From Candidatus Babeliales bacterium (GTDB lineage: Bacteria > Babelota > Babeliae > Babelales > JBFXEV01), in the NCBI GenBank assembly GCA_050179755.1, contig JBFXEV010000001.1, positions 809,994-873,993 on the forward strand: DNA of 64,000 nucleotides. Reading direction: 5' to 3'. A model generated the notes under the pieces. That model saw nothing but the letters and a program-made list of their open reading frames with translations. It made no database searches and was not told the origin of the DNA. Shown here one piece after another: positions 36,386 through 46,570 of the stretch. Both the position numbers and the translations under genes were made by a program. Every line of letters begins with the position of its first letter. Positions within the stretch are counted from its first letter, which is position 1.

Positions 36386-36585
36386 ACCTGCGCCAATCCA
36401 GCCTACGCTTATAGCTCCGGCGGACAGGGGCTCAGAGTTGGAAACCGCTCATCCTGAGTGAATCGCGAAGCGATTTGTATCGAGGGACGGTTGGCAGGCC
36501 AGTTTACTTTAATGCGTAGGTTGCGCGTCGGAGTTAGCCAAGCGAGCGTAGTGAGCCTGAATTAACGTAGGCGGGCAGTCTTTTG
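36383..36585. repeat. Nested palindromic repeat cassette at the tRNA-Leu 3' end
   Basis: Same element as behind tRNA-Ser(GCT) with two additional inserts (about 36397-36429 and 36434-36487). Confidence 0.85.
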
Positions 36586-36617
36586 GATTTTCTTAATACC
36601 TAAAAAAGATAGATTTT

Positions 36618-36956
36618 ATGAACAACTCCTGCATCTTTTGTAAAATAATCGCCAAAGAAGTTCCTTGCACGCCAGTATATGAAACAGATGACATCCTAGT
36701 CATCAAAGATTTATATCCAAAAGCACCCATTCATTATTTAATTATTCCCAAAAAACATGCAAAAGACATTCAAGATCTTGCACATGATGACATGCATCTT
36801 GGTGCATCAATGATCAAAGTTGCCAAAGAATTATCCGCTCAATTGCCAGGAACAGGTGATTTTAAGTTAGTGGTCAATAGTGGAGAAGGCTCTGGTCAAA
36901 GCATATTCCATCTTCATATGCACTTTGTTGCTGGCAAACAATTGGGTGAAATTTAA
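36618..36956 (+). CDS. HIT (histidine triad) nucleotide-binding protein
   Basis: CIFCKII, P.APIHYLIIPKKH and QSIFHLHMH motifs. Confidence 0.93.
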   Translation: MNNSCIFCKIIAKEVPCTPVYETDDILVIKDLYPKAPIHYLIIPKKHAKDIQDLAHDDMHLGASMIKVAKELSAQLPGTGDFKLVVNSGEGSGQSIFHLHMHFVAGKQLGEI

Positions 36957-36973
36957 TAAGCCAACAAAAAAGC

Positions 36974-38722
36974 TTATTGATGTTTTTCAACGAGCGGTTC
37001 TTGTGGTAAAAATGGTTGCTGTGCGCGTAATCTAATTTGTAAATTATCAAGCCGTTGCTCAAGATGATTAAGAGCAGCAGGTAACGGTAAGCGTTCTTCT
37101 CGCGGCATTGCGGCCGGCTGTTGCTGTTGCAACGCTGCTTGGCGTTGTGCTTCTTGTTCGCGTGCGCGTTGCAAGTCTTCTTGTTGCTTACGCAATGCTT
37201 CTAATCGTTTTGCTTGATCTGCTTTTAATCGCTTATCTTCTTCTTGTCTACGTGCCTTTTCTTCTTTGCGGCGTAATTGGTCTTGTTGTTTGCGCAATGC
37301 TTCAAGGCGTTTTGTCTCTTCTTCTAATCTGCGAGCTTCTTCTTTGAGACGTAATGCTTCTTGCTGCTGCAATTCTTTTGCCTTAAGGCGTTCAGCTTTT
37401 ATTCTTTGTATTTCTTGCTTATACAATTGAGCTCGATCTTGTTGCGTTTTTGTATCTGTTGCCAGTAATAGATCAGTTAAGTGATTTTTTGCCCAATCGA
37501 TAGCATTTCTTTTTAAGTTGTCTTGTAAATCCACATTGGCGCCAATTTCAAGCAACAATTGAACTAATGTAATTAAATCAAAGGTGGTTGCAAATATGAG
37601 TGCGGTTTGGCCACTTTTGTTTTGTTTGTCTACGTTAATACCATGCTCAATAAGAATTCGTGCTATTTTAAGCAGGGCTTCTTGGTCTTTATGTTTTGGA
37701 TATGCTTTGATTGCGATAATTAACGTGTTATTATCTTCTTTATCAAGACTTTCAAGATTAGCGCCTTTATCAAGTAATAATTTTACTGCGTTTGCTTGTC
37801 CAGACTGTGCTGCCAAATGCAATGGCGTTTGCCCGGTTTTATCTTTACTTTCAATTTGAGCACCATGTTCTAAAAGAAAATTAATTATTTCAATGTGGCC
37901 ATTTCTTGCTGCATGATGTAATGCTGTTAAACCATTAATATCTCTGCTATTAATGAATACGGTAGATTTCGGCATTTTTTCAAGTACTTCTTTATTACCA
38001 GCAGCAGCAGCGGCTATAAAGTCTTTAGCTGCAGTTAAAAGATCTCTAATTATTTTATTTTTTTCAGGATCAGCCAAATCTACTGCTTGTTGTTTAAACA
38101 TATTTATTAATTCAATATTAGCTCCTGCATTGAGCAATAATTTAACCACCGATTCTAGATGTGTTGCCGTTGCAAGCATAAGCGCAGTTTGCCTATTATT
38201 ATTTTGCATATCTATGTCAGCGCCTTGTTGAATGAGCATGCGTACCAGTGCTTCAATAATGGGTGATGTTTCTTTAGTGGCTTGAGCGGTAGCTTGCGCA
38301 CGAGCAGCGGCTTTTTCTTCTGCAGTAGCGGTGTCTGGATTTGGTATTATTTTTTTGTAGTGTTCATCTGCTAATTCTGCTTGTTTTCTGGAAAATGATC
38401 GCACTGCTGCAATTAAAGGAGTTTCATTTTGTTTATCAGTAATTGAGGCGTTGGCTCCTTTTTCTAATAAAAAGGCAACGATATTAGTATCTGCTGCGCT
38501 TGCGGCTCTATGTAATGCTGTTTGACCCCCCGGTCCTTTAACATTAACATCAATACCAGAGTTAAGTAACTTTTGCAAAATATCTATTTTGCCTCTGGTC
38601 GCAGCATCAATGAAATTTTGAATTTTTAATTCTTCTGCTGTGGGTGGCTTTATTTGAACTGTTACATCTTGAGCATTACTGACAGAGACGCATATAATAC
38701 ATGCAAGAATTTTTTTTATCAT
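36974..38722 (-). CDS. Secreted ankyrin-repeat protein with C-terminal charged coiled coil
   Basis: GQTALHRAA, GLTALHHAA and GQTPLHLAA repeats; E/K/R/Q-rich tail. Confidence 0.9.
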   Translation of the reverse strand: MIKKILACIICVSVSNAQDVTVQIKPPTAEELKIQNFIDAATRGKIDILQKLLNSGIDVNVKGPGGQTALHRAASAADTNIVAFLLEKGANASITDKQNETPLIAAVRSFSRKQAELADEHYKKIIPNPDTATAEEKAAARAQATAQATKETSPIIEALVRMLIQQGADIDMQNNNRQTALMLATATHLESVVKLLLNAGANIELINMFKQQAVDLADPEKNKIIRDLLTAAKDFIAAAAAGNKEVLEKMPKSTVFINSRDINGLTALHHAARNGHIEIINFLLEHGAQIESKDKTGQTPLHLAAQSGQANAVKLLLDKGANLESLDKEDNNTLIIAIKAYPKHKDQEALLKIARILIEHGINVDKQNKSGQTALIFATTFDLITLVQLLLEIGANVDLQDNLKRNAIDWAKNHLTDLLLATDTKTQQDRAQLYKQEIQRIKAERLKAKELQQQEALRLKEEARRLEEETKRLEALRKQQDQLRRKEEKARRQEEDKRLKADQAKRLEALRKQQEDLQRAREQEAQRQAALQQQQPAAMPREERLPLPAALNHLEQRLDNLQIRLRAQQPFLPQEPLVEKHQ

Positions 38723-38794
38723 GAAGAGTCCTTTTATACAAAATCATGTTTCTGATTTTAGTATAATAGGCCCATAGTACCAATTGCTATATTT

Positions 38795-39718
38795 TTAGGA
38801 TTCTAAATTTTCAACGTTATATTCTTTAGTATCTTGCTCTTTCATTTCACCATGATAGAAAATGCCTAGGCCTGCAAAAACGAGCACGGTTGAAATATAG
38901 AAATGCCACGCAATAGATTCTTGCAAGAATAGCCAGCCATACAATGCAGCAAATATAGGTGTTAAAAAGCTTGCAAACGCCATAAAAGTTGGCGTATAAA
39001 AGCGTAATAACCAACCATACAGATTATGACCAATCACGTTACTAAAGAGAATGATGAGAGCTAATATAACCATAAATTGACCAGAATTTACAACGCATGA
39101 TTGCGATTCTACAAAAAATGATGTCACTAATGCGAGTAAGCCGCCAGTAAACATACTCATACCATTGACGAGCGCTGGTGGATAATGGTTATCCTTTATA
39201 AGTTTACGTAAAACTATCCAACCATAAGCAAGTGAAGATACTGAGGCAATAATAGAAAGTTCTGGCCAAGAAATAAATGCTATGCCGCCTGCAATCTCTT
39301 CTGAAGGTGCTGATGCCATGAGTGTTGGTAACAGGCCACAAAATCCTACAATTAAGCCAACAATTTTATGCCAGGTAACTTTTTCTTTGTAAAAGCAATA
39401 GCCAAGTAAATATGAAATGAAGGGCCCTAGATTATAAAGAAGTGAGGCTTTATATGAAGGCATATATTTAAGTCCCCAAAAGCGCAAAATATAGGGTATA
39501 TAAATAGAAAACATCACTACTTGTATATAGAGCCGAACATGTTTTTTATTAAATTGAATACGCTGTTGTGTAAAAAAATATTGATATGCAAGGAGTAAAA
39601 GTCCTGCAATAAACATGCGTAAGCCTACCAAATAAATAGGTGGGCCAAAGTTAAGCATAATTTTGCCTAAAGAAAACGTGGCTGCAAAAATTGCATATAA
39701 AAAAATAATTAAAATCAT
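38795..39718 (-). CDS. DMT/EamA-family transporter
   Basis: About 10 TM segments in two repeats; R...AGLLL and PIFAALYGWLFLQE motifs. Confidence 0.88.
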   Translation of the reverse strand: MILIIFLYAIFAATFSLGKIMLNFGPPIYLVGLRMFIAGLLLLAYQYFFTQQRIQFNKKHVRLYIQVVMFSIYIPYILRFWGLKYMPSYKASLLYNLGPFISYLLGYCFYKEKVTWHKIVGLIVGFCGLLPTLMASAPSEEIAGGIAFISWPELSIIASVSSLAYGWIVLRKLIKDNHYPPALVNGMSMFTGGLLALVTSFFVESQSCVVNSGQFMVILALIILFSNVIGHNLYGWLLRFYTPTFMAFASFLTPIFAALYGWLFLQESIAWHFYISTVLVFAGLGIFYHGEMKEQDTKEYNVENLES

Positions 39719-39882
39719 CAGTAACTCGATATAAAGAGCGTCAAGAGGTTGCCTAGCTATTAATTATAAGGATGGGGGGTTAACTTGTCAAAATAAAAAA
39801 CGGCCAATTCTTGCACTCTTTCTCTATTCTGGTACATTCACAGAAGGAAAAAGTCGTTCATGTTACGTAGGGGAAAAAGCCG

Positions 39883-41499
39883 ATGATTATTGCATATTTG
39901 GCTACTATTTTATTGTCTATTTTTTCAACTGCAGTATTAGGATATATTTCAATAGCAACTCCGATTGGCCCTTGGATTGCACCAACGCTTGCACTTATTT
40001 GTTTATTTGTTTCTCATGTACTGCCCGCCCGAGTTGCTCCTGATCGCACCACTATTGCTTTATGCGTTGCTGGTGGGTCTGTTGGCGGCATTTTAGCAAC
40101 GGGTGTAGGTTTTTATTTCCCCACATTTTATTTTGTAGATCCGGTAGCATTTAATGCATTAATGGCGTCACCGCTTATGTTTTGGGCATATCTTTCTGGC
40201 ATATCGCTGGTGAGTGCGCTTTTTGGCTTGCTCGTTGCAAATATATTTGAAGAACAATTACTTGATAAAGATCAATTGCCTTTTGCTATTGGTCAAATGG
40301 TACACGCCATGATTTTTGCTGGTGATCAAGTTAAAAAAGCATGGCAGTTATGTATTGGATTTGTAAGCACTTTGTTGTTTTGTATGGCGCAAGTAAGTAT
40401 CAAAGGATTTGGGCCTTTCATACCACGTGAATATATGTTATTACGAGCACAGGGGCTTTCACTATTTGCCGTGCCAAAATTAGTACTTCATTTTGATCAA
40501 TTGCCTATGCTTATTGCCATTGGGTTTATAGCAGGTCATATTATTGCAATACCATTGCTTGTTGGGTTATTAACACTTCTTTTAATTGCAGAGCCTATTA
40601 ATAGGTTATTTTTTGCCGATATTTTCTGCCATGACTTTACTATGGCATTTTGCAGCGGCATTGTGGTATTTGGCGCACTTTCAAGTATTTATAGTGTTTA
40701 TGCACGCTCACGTAAACAAAAAGCCGTGCAACAAACATCAACTTGGGCTTCGTATGTGCAGCATTGGCAGAAGATGCATACAACGTTTATACAGCACATT
40801 TTAGAATGCGTGGTCATTTTAGCTTTGCTGATTCTTATGCTTACCTATACTTATTTTTCATGGGCCGCTCAGATATTTGTGATAATTGCTACGTTTATTT
40901 CATCATATCAAATTATTGTTATTGCGGGAAAAATTGGCCTTGCTACCATGGGCCGTTTTGCTACTTTTGTAATGGTGCCAGCAGTATTATTTTTTGGCAG
41001 CGATGGCATTCAAGCGACCATTATTTCAACGCTCGTGGGCATTGCTGGTGGTGTGGGTACTGATATTTTATTTGGCAGAAAACTTACACAAATGAGTGGT
41101 ATTCCCGCTAGTAAAACGCGCAAATTTCAGCTTCTTGGAATTATAACCAGCTCAATTGCTGTGGGCATAATTGTTTGGCTTTTAGTGCATCAGTTTGGGC
41201 TGGGTTCACCAGAATTATTTGCGCAACGTGCGCAAGCACGCGCACTGCTGTTGGATTGCACGCATTTTAATTATGGTGTGCTTGCTATGGGTATGTTGTT
41301 TGGTTTGTTGCTACATCAATTTAAAATCAACGAATTATTGGTACTTGGCGGTCTGTTGATGCCAATCGATTATTCGCTTGCACTCATTATTGGTGGATTT
41401 ATTTCTTATTATCTTATTGATCAAAAAGAAGGTGAGCCGTTCTGGTCTGGCGTCTTTGCTGCAAATTCAATTTGGATGCTTATTCAAGCGCTTCTTTAA
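39883..41499 (+). CDS. Polytopic membrane protein, OPT (oligopeptide transporter)-like
   Basis: 538 aa, more than 12 TM segments, LPFAIG motif and Gly-rich helices; family call is from overall layout only. Confidence 0.6.
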   Translation: MIIAYLATILLSIFSTAVLGYISIATPIGPWIAPTLALICLFVSHVLPARVAPDRTTIALCVAGGSVGGILATGVGFYFPTFYFVDPVAFNALMASPLMFWAYLSGISLVSALFGLLVANIFEEQLLDKDQLPFAIGQMVHAMIFAGDQVKKAWQLCIGFVSTLLFCMAQVSIKGFGPFIPREYMLLRAQGLSLFAVPKLVLHFDQLPMLIAIGFIAGHIIAIPLLVGLLTLLLIAEPINRLFFADIFCHDFTMAFCSGIVVFGALSSIYSVYARSRKQKAVQQTSTWASYVQHWQKMHTTFIQHILECVVILALLILMLTYTYFSWAAQIFVIIATFISSYQIIVIAGKIGLATMGRFATFVMVPAVLFFGSDGIQATIISTLVGIAGGVGTDILFGRKLTQMSGIPASKTRKFQLLGIITSSIAVGIIVWLLVHQFGLGSPELFAQRAQARALLLDCTHFNYGVLAMGMLFGLLLHQFKINELLVLGGLLMPIDYSLALIIGGFISYYLIDQKEGEPFWSGVFAANSIWMLIQALL

Positions 41500-41608
41500 T
41501 GAACATGCAGCAATCTAAGGGCGTTTAGAAAGCATTGTTTTTTTACTGAATCCCTTTATCCTAAAATTATAAAAAGTAGTGTGTAATTTGGCAAAAAAGT
41601 AGGATGCA

Positions 41609-44600
41609 ATGAAGAAGCACTTATTATATTTTATTCTTTTAGTGTCATCGTACCATGCTCATCTGTATGCAGTGATAAAAGGTTCAACAAGTCAAGTTTC
41701 AATTGAACCAATCTTTCAATTTAAAGCTGCTGATCTTGATAATAAAATACAAGGATTTGCTTGGTTTAAAGATGGATTTAGTTTAGAAAATAATGCAACA
41801 ACGTGTGATTTTGCCTCGGTCTATCCTGTTTCGGGCGTAGTTGCGTTGCATGGTGGCACGCTTAATTTACTTGAAGATCTTATTCTTAAAAATAGTACTA
41901 CGCTTGAAAGTTTTGGCACTATTGTAGGTAATCATTCTCTCTTTGAATTGTGTTCAAGTATAACCGTATTGCCTCCAGATACTGGGGTATTTGAAGATGT
42001 CTATGTGGTATTATCGAATTCGGTGGTGGTACAAGGGCAAATTAATTGCGTTGGTGCAACGGTAATCGATGGCAGGGGCAATACGCTTGATTTACAAGAA
42101 AAAGCATCATTAAAGATTGCGCCACATAGCACACTGCATTTAAAAAACATGATTGTTAAAGGCGTTGGGCTTGATAATATTTCAGGCTTAGATGATTCTG
42201 CTACGTTAATTCTTGATAACGTAACATGGGTGCAATCTGCTGATGTTATTTTTGAATCTGGCGCATTGTGTATACAAAATAAAGTAGAATTCTGCGGTAA
42301 TTATGCATTTAGGCATACAAGCTCCAAACCGGTATCTATAGCGGCACAATCAATGTGGTCGTTACTTGCAAGTATAGATTTAAAAATTGGTAAACATCTT
42401 AATGCCGGTGCCGTTGATCCATTACAATTTCAAGATAATAGTTCCATATTAAAATTATCAAATTGTTCGCTTTTTGTAACTGAAGGTGGATTGCGGTTAA
42501 CAAAAGGCAAGTTGATTTTTGATGAAGAAGTTCATATTGATATGGCATCAACTACTACCATGAACGGTATTATTATTGGTGATGGCGTTGAGAGTGATAA
42601 TGATTTTACGTTACGGTTTAATGCTGGCGTATCAGTAACGCATAAAGGGCATACAGCGTATAACAATGTCAGTCCAGATAAGATTATTGCATTGTCAAAG
42701 AATGCTACCATTATTCGAGATGAAAATTCAAATATTTTTATGGCACGCAATGCGACTATGCCGCCTATGACCTTTGAATCGCTTTCAAATGCAGTGCAGC
42801 CAATACAGCATGCACCGGGTGTGGAGATTGTATATCAAGACGATCAAATAGTATTTCCTGCGGTAGCTTTTGATATTACTGGTTGCCAGAATATGCCCAA
42901 TACCTTTTGTTTAAAGGGTTCTGATGAAATATTTTTTACTAAAGGATCATTGCCCCTTAATTTACAAGTTTCTGGTAAAAATAATTTGATGCATGGTAAT
43001 GGCGGTATCATGGGTCTGCTTTCTTTGCAAGATACTGCTGCAGAATTAATTTGCTCGGTGTTGGGGCCAATAAGTACGTCGCCTCATTTGAATGGTGGTT
43101 CTTTAATTTTAACCGGTGATTTTGCATTGGGGCCAGACATTGTGTTGTCTGGCTCTGGTACGGTGAATCTTAATTCGTTTTGTTTTACCTGTGGTTCAAA
43201 GGATGCAGTCTGGCAAGGGCAATTACTCTGGCAAGGGACTAATGGATCTTTAGAAATACAAAGTCAAGTAACATTACAAGGAACCTGGACTATTGATGGG
43301 CAAGTAACTATTGATGGCAATGGGAATACCTTGGATATTTCTGCTGGCGATATTGTGGTCAATCCTCATGCCAAGTTACTATTGAAAAATATTCGACTTA
43401 TAGGGATTAAAGGTTCAAATATACGCTGTGTTGATGATACTGGTAAGTTATCGCTTTTAAATGTAATTTGGGTGCAAACAGATGATGTGCTTTTTGATAA
43501 GGGCTCTTTACAGTTTGTTGATGAAGTTGATTTTATTGGTTCTTATACCTTTGTATATGATAGCTCAGTAACAAGTACCATAGCTGTTAAGTCTACGTTG
43601 CAAATAGGCAACGGCATGCAGTTTTCAATTGGTCGTACCCATAAAGAGGGGGCAGCACCTCTCTATTTTGAAGATCGCACGAGTACGCTCTCGCTTGAAA
43701 ATTGTGCTTTACAGGTAACGGGTTTTGGTTTGCCATTGGCGCGTGGTCGCGTGTTGTGTAGTAGAGACGTTACCATTGATATTTTGTCTACAGACACAAC
43801 AAATGGTATTGAACTTGGCACTGGCGCGCCAGATGACGACATGATTTTTGAATTTTATCCTGGTTGTGTTGTTCGTTTTGTGGGTGGTCACGTGGTTTAT
43901 AATGTTACGCGGCCTGATAGTGTTGTATCTCAATCTACTACTGCCAAATTAGTGCGCGGTGCAAAAAACGTATTTTATATGAAACGCAATATTTTGCTTT
44001 CAAATTTAACAATTGATGCTTCTATATTATCAGTTACCCACGTGCCCGATGATGTATCGTTTGACTTTGAAAATTGTGAATTTGTCTTGCCGGCAGGCAA
44101 AGTTGTGGTGAGCGGATCTCGTTACAATGCCTACACTAATGTATTGAAGAATGGTGACTCTCTTTTTATAACCTCTGGTGTAATGCCTATGGCAACTGTT
44201 GTATTGGGTAAAGGTACTAGCATAGTAGGCAATGGTAGCTTGGGAGGGCCCGTAGTGTTTGCCTCACCTGAATCAGAACTTGTTCTTGCACTAGATGGTT
44301 TGGTGAGTAAAGATATTACTCTTAACGGCGGTGTTCTTACTTTAGGCCAAGATACGCACTTTGCAAGCGGTGCTGTTATTACTGATTCAGGAACGGTTAA
44401 TGTAAGTAATTATCGTATGCAATTAACATCACAAGAAATAGTGTGGCAGGGTGATATTACGTGGCAAAGTACTAATGCAATAATTTCATTAAATGCGGAT
44501 GTTGCTCTTGCAGGTTCCTGGATTGTGCAAGGTAATTGTACGTTGCAGGGTAATGGTAATGTACTTGATTTGCGAGCGGGTGGTAGCATAGAAGTTGCGC

Positions 44601-46570
44601 CAGGCTCTGCGTTAAAATTAGTTAACGTGCGTATTATAGGCGTACATGATAGTAACGTACGTTGTGCGGATGATACAGGATCACTCATTCTTGATCAAGT
44701 GGTGTGGGTGCAAACAGGGAACGCAACGTTTGATCATGGCAGAATTCAGATTATTGACGAAGTAGACTTTTTAGGTTCGTATACTTTTTCCTATCAGAGC
44801 ACACAATCAAGTTTTATTCATAATGACTCTACGTGGCATATTACTGACTTAATGCGATTTACTCTAGGCAAGCAATCAGTGCCAGAAGCACAAAATCCAT
44901 TATTGTTTGCAGGTCAAACAGCAACGCTTTCTTTAGATAATTGTACTATTGCAATTACGGATGCCGGGTGGGATTTGCTCAAAGGATGTATTAAGTATAA
45001 GCGTAATGTTGATATAGAAGTGCTTTCTACAAGTTCGGCAGCAGGTGTATTTCTTGGCAATGGCATGCGTGAAAACGATCCGCTTGTATTTTTTGATCCT
45101 GGTTCAAATGCTCGTTTTGTAAAAGGGCATATTATTTATAATATTGTAAATCCTGCAAACTTGCATTCTGATTCCACGTCCGCGCAAATGCAGCGGCTAG
45201 CGCAAAGTCACTTTGTGATTAAGCAAGACGTATATCTTAAGAATTTTACGGTGGATGCAAGTCCCTATGCAATTACCGAGGTTGATGTGGGTAAGCGATT
45301 TGCCTATAAAAATTGTATTTTTAGTTTGCCAAATGGTCGCGCCGAAGTAACTGCCTCGCGGTATAATGAAGTTTCAAATATTCTTTTTGCAGATGACTTA
45401 TTATTGCTTAGATATGGGGCATTCCCTATGGCAACATTAGTGGCCGGGCAAAACGCTATGATTGCAGGAACGGGTGATGTGGTTGCTCCTCTAGTATTTG
45501 TCAATCCCACAGCAACGTTGTTATGTGGATTTAGTGGTTCATTAGGAGCCAACGTTATGTTAAATGGAGCACGTTTTATAGTAATGAATGACGTTCATTT
45601 TGCAGGAGATCATCAATTTATTGGGGATGGCACTGTGGTGGTAGGTGATAATCGTTTATCTTTTGGCCCAAAAGATGCCACATGGTCTGGCAATCTAGTA
45701 TGGCATGCTGACAACGGCAATATTGATATAAAGTCTAATATTTCATTAAATGGAACTTGGACGTTTAGTGGATCAAGTTGCTTGCTTGATTGTAATGGCA
45801 ATACGTTAGAGCTATTAGAAAATGGCAAACTTATTATTAATGATAATTGTACGTTACATATAAAGAATGCTCAAATAAAGGGAATACGTGGCACTAATAT
45901 TTGCGCAATAGAAGATAGCAGCAAGCTTATTCTTGAAAATGTCACGTGGGTACAACAGGACGAGTATCAATTTGAACATGGATCACTTATATGGCAACAA
46001 GATGTTGTTATGGAAGGTGGCATTTTTAATTATAGATCTAATCAAACAAGTCATGTTGCTGACCATTCTTGTGTGTGTTTGGATCAAGATTTTATTTTTA
46101 ATTATGAACCAGAAAATGGTGATACCAATTTGATAGCATTAAACGATGAGTCATCTATGCTCGAGCTTAATGGTGCAATAATACGTGCGCCCTATGGTAT
46201 TGCCTTTACTCAAGGAACGTTTATATGTAAAAAAAATGCTACGCTTATTTCTTCCCACGAGCAAGGCATTACGTTTGGAACAGGCAATGCTGATAATGAT
46301 TGTACGGTAATGATATATAGTGGCGTACAGTTGGTTGTTGCTGAAGGTGCTTTGAACTATAACAATAGGGCACGCTCCTCATGGCAGTCAGGCAATAGTT
46401 TATCAACAGTGTATTTTGCAGATACTACAACATTAAATGTATATGCTACGTTAGATCTTGGTGGCGGAGAATTTATGTTTGGTAACCATACGTTGCTTAA
46501 TCGAGCAGCTGATGCTGATATAAAAGGATCAATAACCTTACTTGGGGAGTTATCTTTTGGTACTATCTAG
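41609..46570 (+). CDS. Large secreted beta-solenoid-like repeat protein (about four copies of a ~413 aa module)
   Basis: Signal peptide; the G(N/R)GN.L(D/E) motif recurs near 42070, 43315, 44550 and 45790, each followed by L.L.N...G....NI.C.DD...L.L..V.WVQ. Confidence 0.85.
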   Translation: MKKHLLYFILLVSSYHAHLYAVIKGSTSQVSIEPIFQFKAADLDNKIQGFAWFKDGFSLENNATTCDFASVYPVSGVVALHGGTLNLLEDLILKNSTTLESFGTIVGNHSLFELCSSITVLPPDTGVFEDVYVVLSNSVVVQGQINCVGATVIDGRGNTLDLQEKASLKIAPHSTLHLKNMIVKGVGLDNISGLDDSATLILDNVTWVQSADVIFESGALCIQNKVEFCGNYAFRHTSSKPVSIAAQSMWSLLASIDLKIGKHLNAGAVDPLQFQDNSSILKLSNCSLFVTEGGLRLTKGKLIFDEEVHIDMASTTTMNGIIIGDGVESDNDFTLRFNAGVSVTHKGHTAYNNVSPDKIIALSKNATIIRDENSNIFMARNATMPPMTFESLSNAVQPIQHAPGVEIVYQDDQIVFPAVAFDITGCQNMPNTFCLKGSDEIFFTKGSLPLNLQVSGKNNLMHGNGGIMGLLSLQDTAAELICSVLGPISTSPHLNGGSLILTGDFALGPDIVLSGSGTVNLNSFCFTCGSKDAVWQGQLLWQGTNGSLEIQSQVTLQGTWTIDGQVTIDGNGNTLDISAGDIVVNPHAKLLLKNIRLIGIKGSNIRCVDDTGKLSLLNVIWVQTDDVLFDKGSLQFVDEVDFIGSYTFVYDSSVTSTIAVKSTLQIGNGMQFSIGRTHKEGAAPLYFEDRTSTLSLENCALQVTGFGLPLARGRVLCSRDVTIDILSTDTTNGIELGTGAPDDDMIFEFYPGCVVRFVGGHVVYNVTRPDSVVSQSTTAKLVRGAKNVFYMKRNILLSNLTIDASILSVTHVPDDVSFDFENCEFVLPAGKVVVSGSRYNAYTNVLKNGDSLFITSGVMPMATVVLGKGTSIVGNGSLGGPVVFASPESELVLALDGLVSKDITLNGGVLTLGQDTHFASGAVITDSGTVNVSNYRMQLTSQEIVWQGDITWQSTNAIISLNADVALAGSWIVQGNCTLQGNGNVLDLRAGGSIEVAPGSALKLVNVRIIGVHDSNVRCADDTGSLILDQVVWVQTGNATFDHGRIQIIDEVDFLGSYTFSYQSTQSSFIHNDSTWHITDLMRFTLGKQSVPEAQNPLLFAGQTATLSLDNCTIAITDAGWDLLKGCIKYKRNVDIEVLSTSSAAGVFLGNGMRENDPLVFFDPGSNARFVKGHIIYNIVNPANLHSDSTSAQMQRLAQSHFVIKQDVYLKNFTVDASPYAITEVDVGKRFAYKNCIFSLPNGRAEVTASRYNEVSNILFADDLLLLRYGAFPMATLVAGQNAMIAGTGDVVAPLVFVNPTATLLCGFSGSLGANVMLNGARFIVMNDVHFAGDHQFIGDGTVVVGDNRLSFGPKDATWSGNLVWHADNGNIDIKSNISLNGTWTFSGSSCLLDCNGNTLELLENGKLIINDNCTLHIKNAQIKGIRGTNICAIEDSSKLILENVTWVQQDEYQFEHGSLIWQQDVVMEGGIFNYRSNQTSHVADHSCVCLDQDFIFNYEPENGDTNLIALNDESSMLELNGAIIRAPYGIAFTQGTFICKKNATLISSHEQGITFGTGNADNDCTVMIYSGVQLVVAEGALNYNNRARSSWQSGNSLSTVYFADTTTLNVYATLDLGGGEFMFGNHTLLNRAADADIKGSITLLGELSFGTI

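Noticed and set aside
22796..36585. tRNA-anchored prophage or genomic island
   Set aside because: No integrase or phage genes and no duplicated tRNA 3' end; the repeats are short palindromes.
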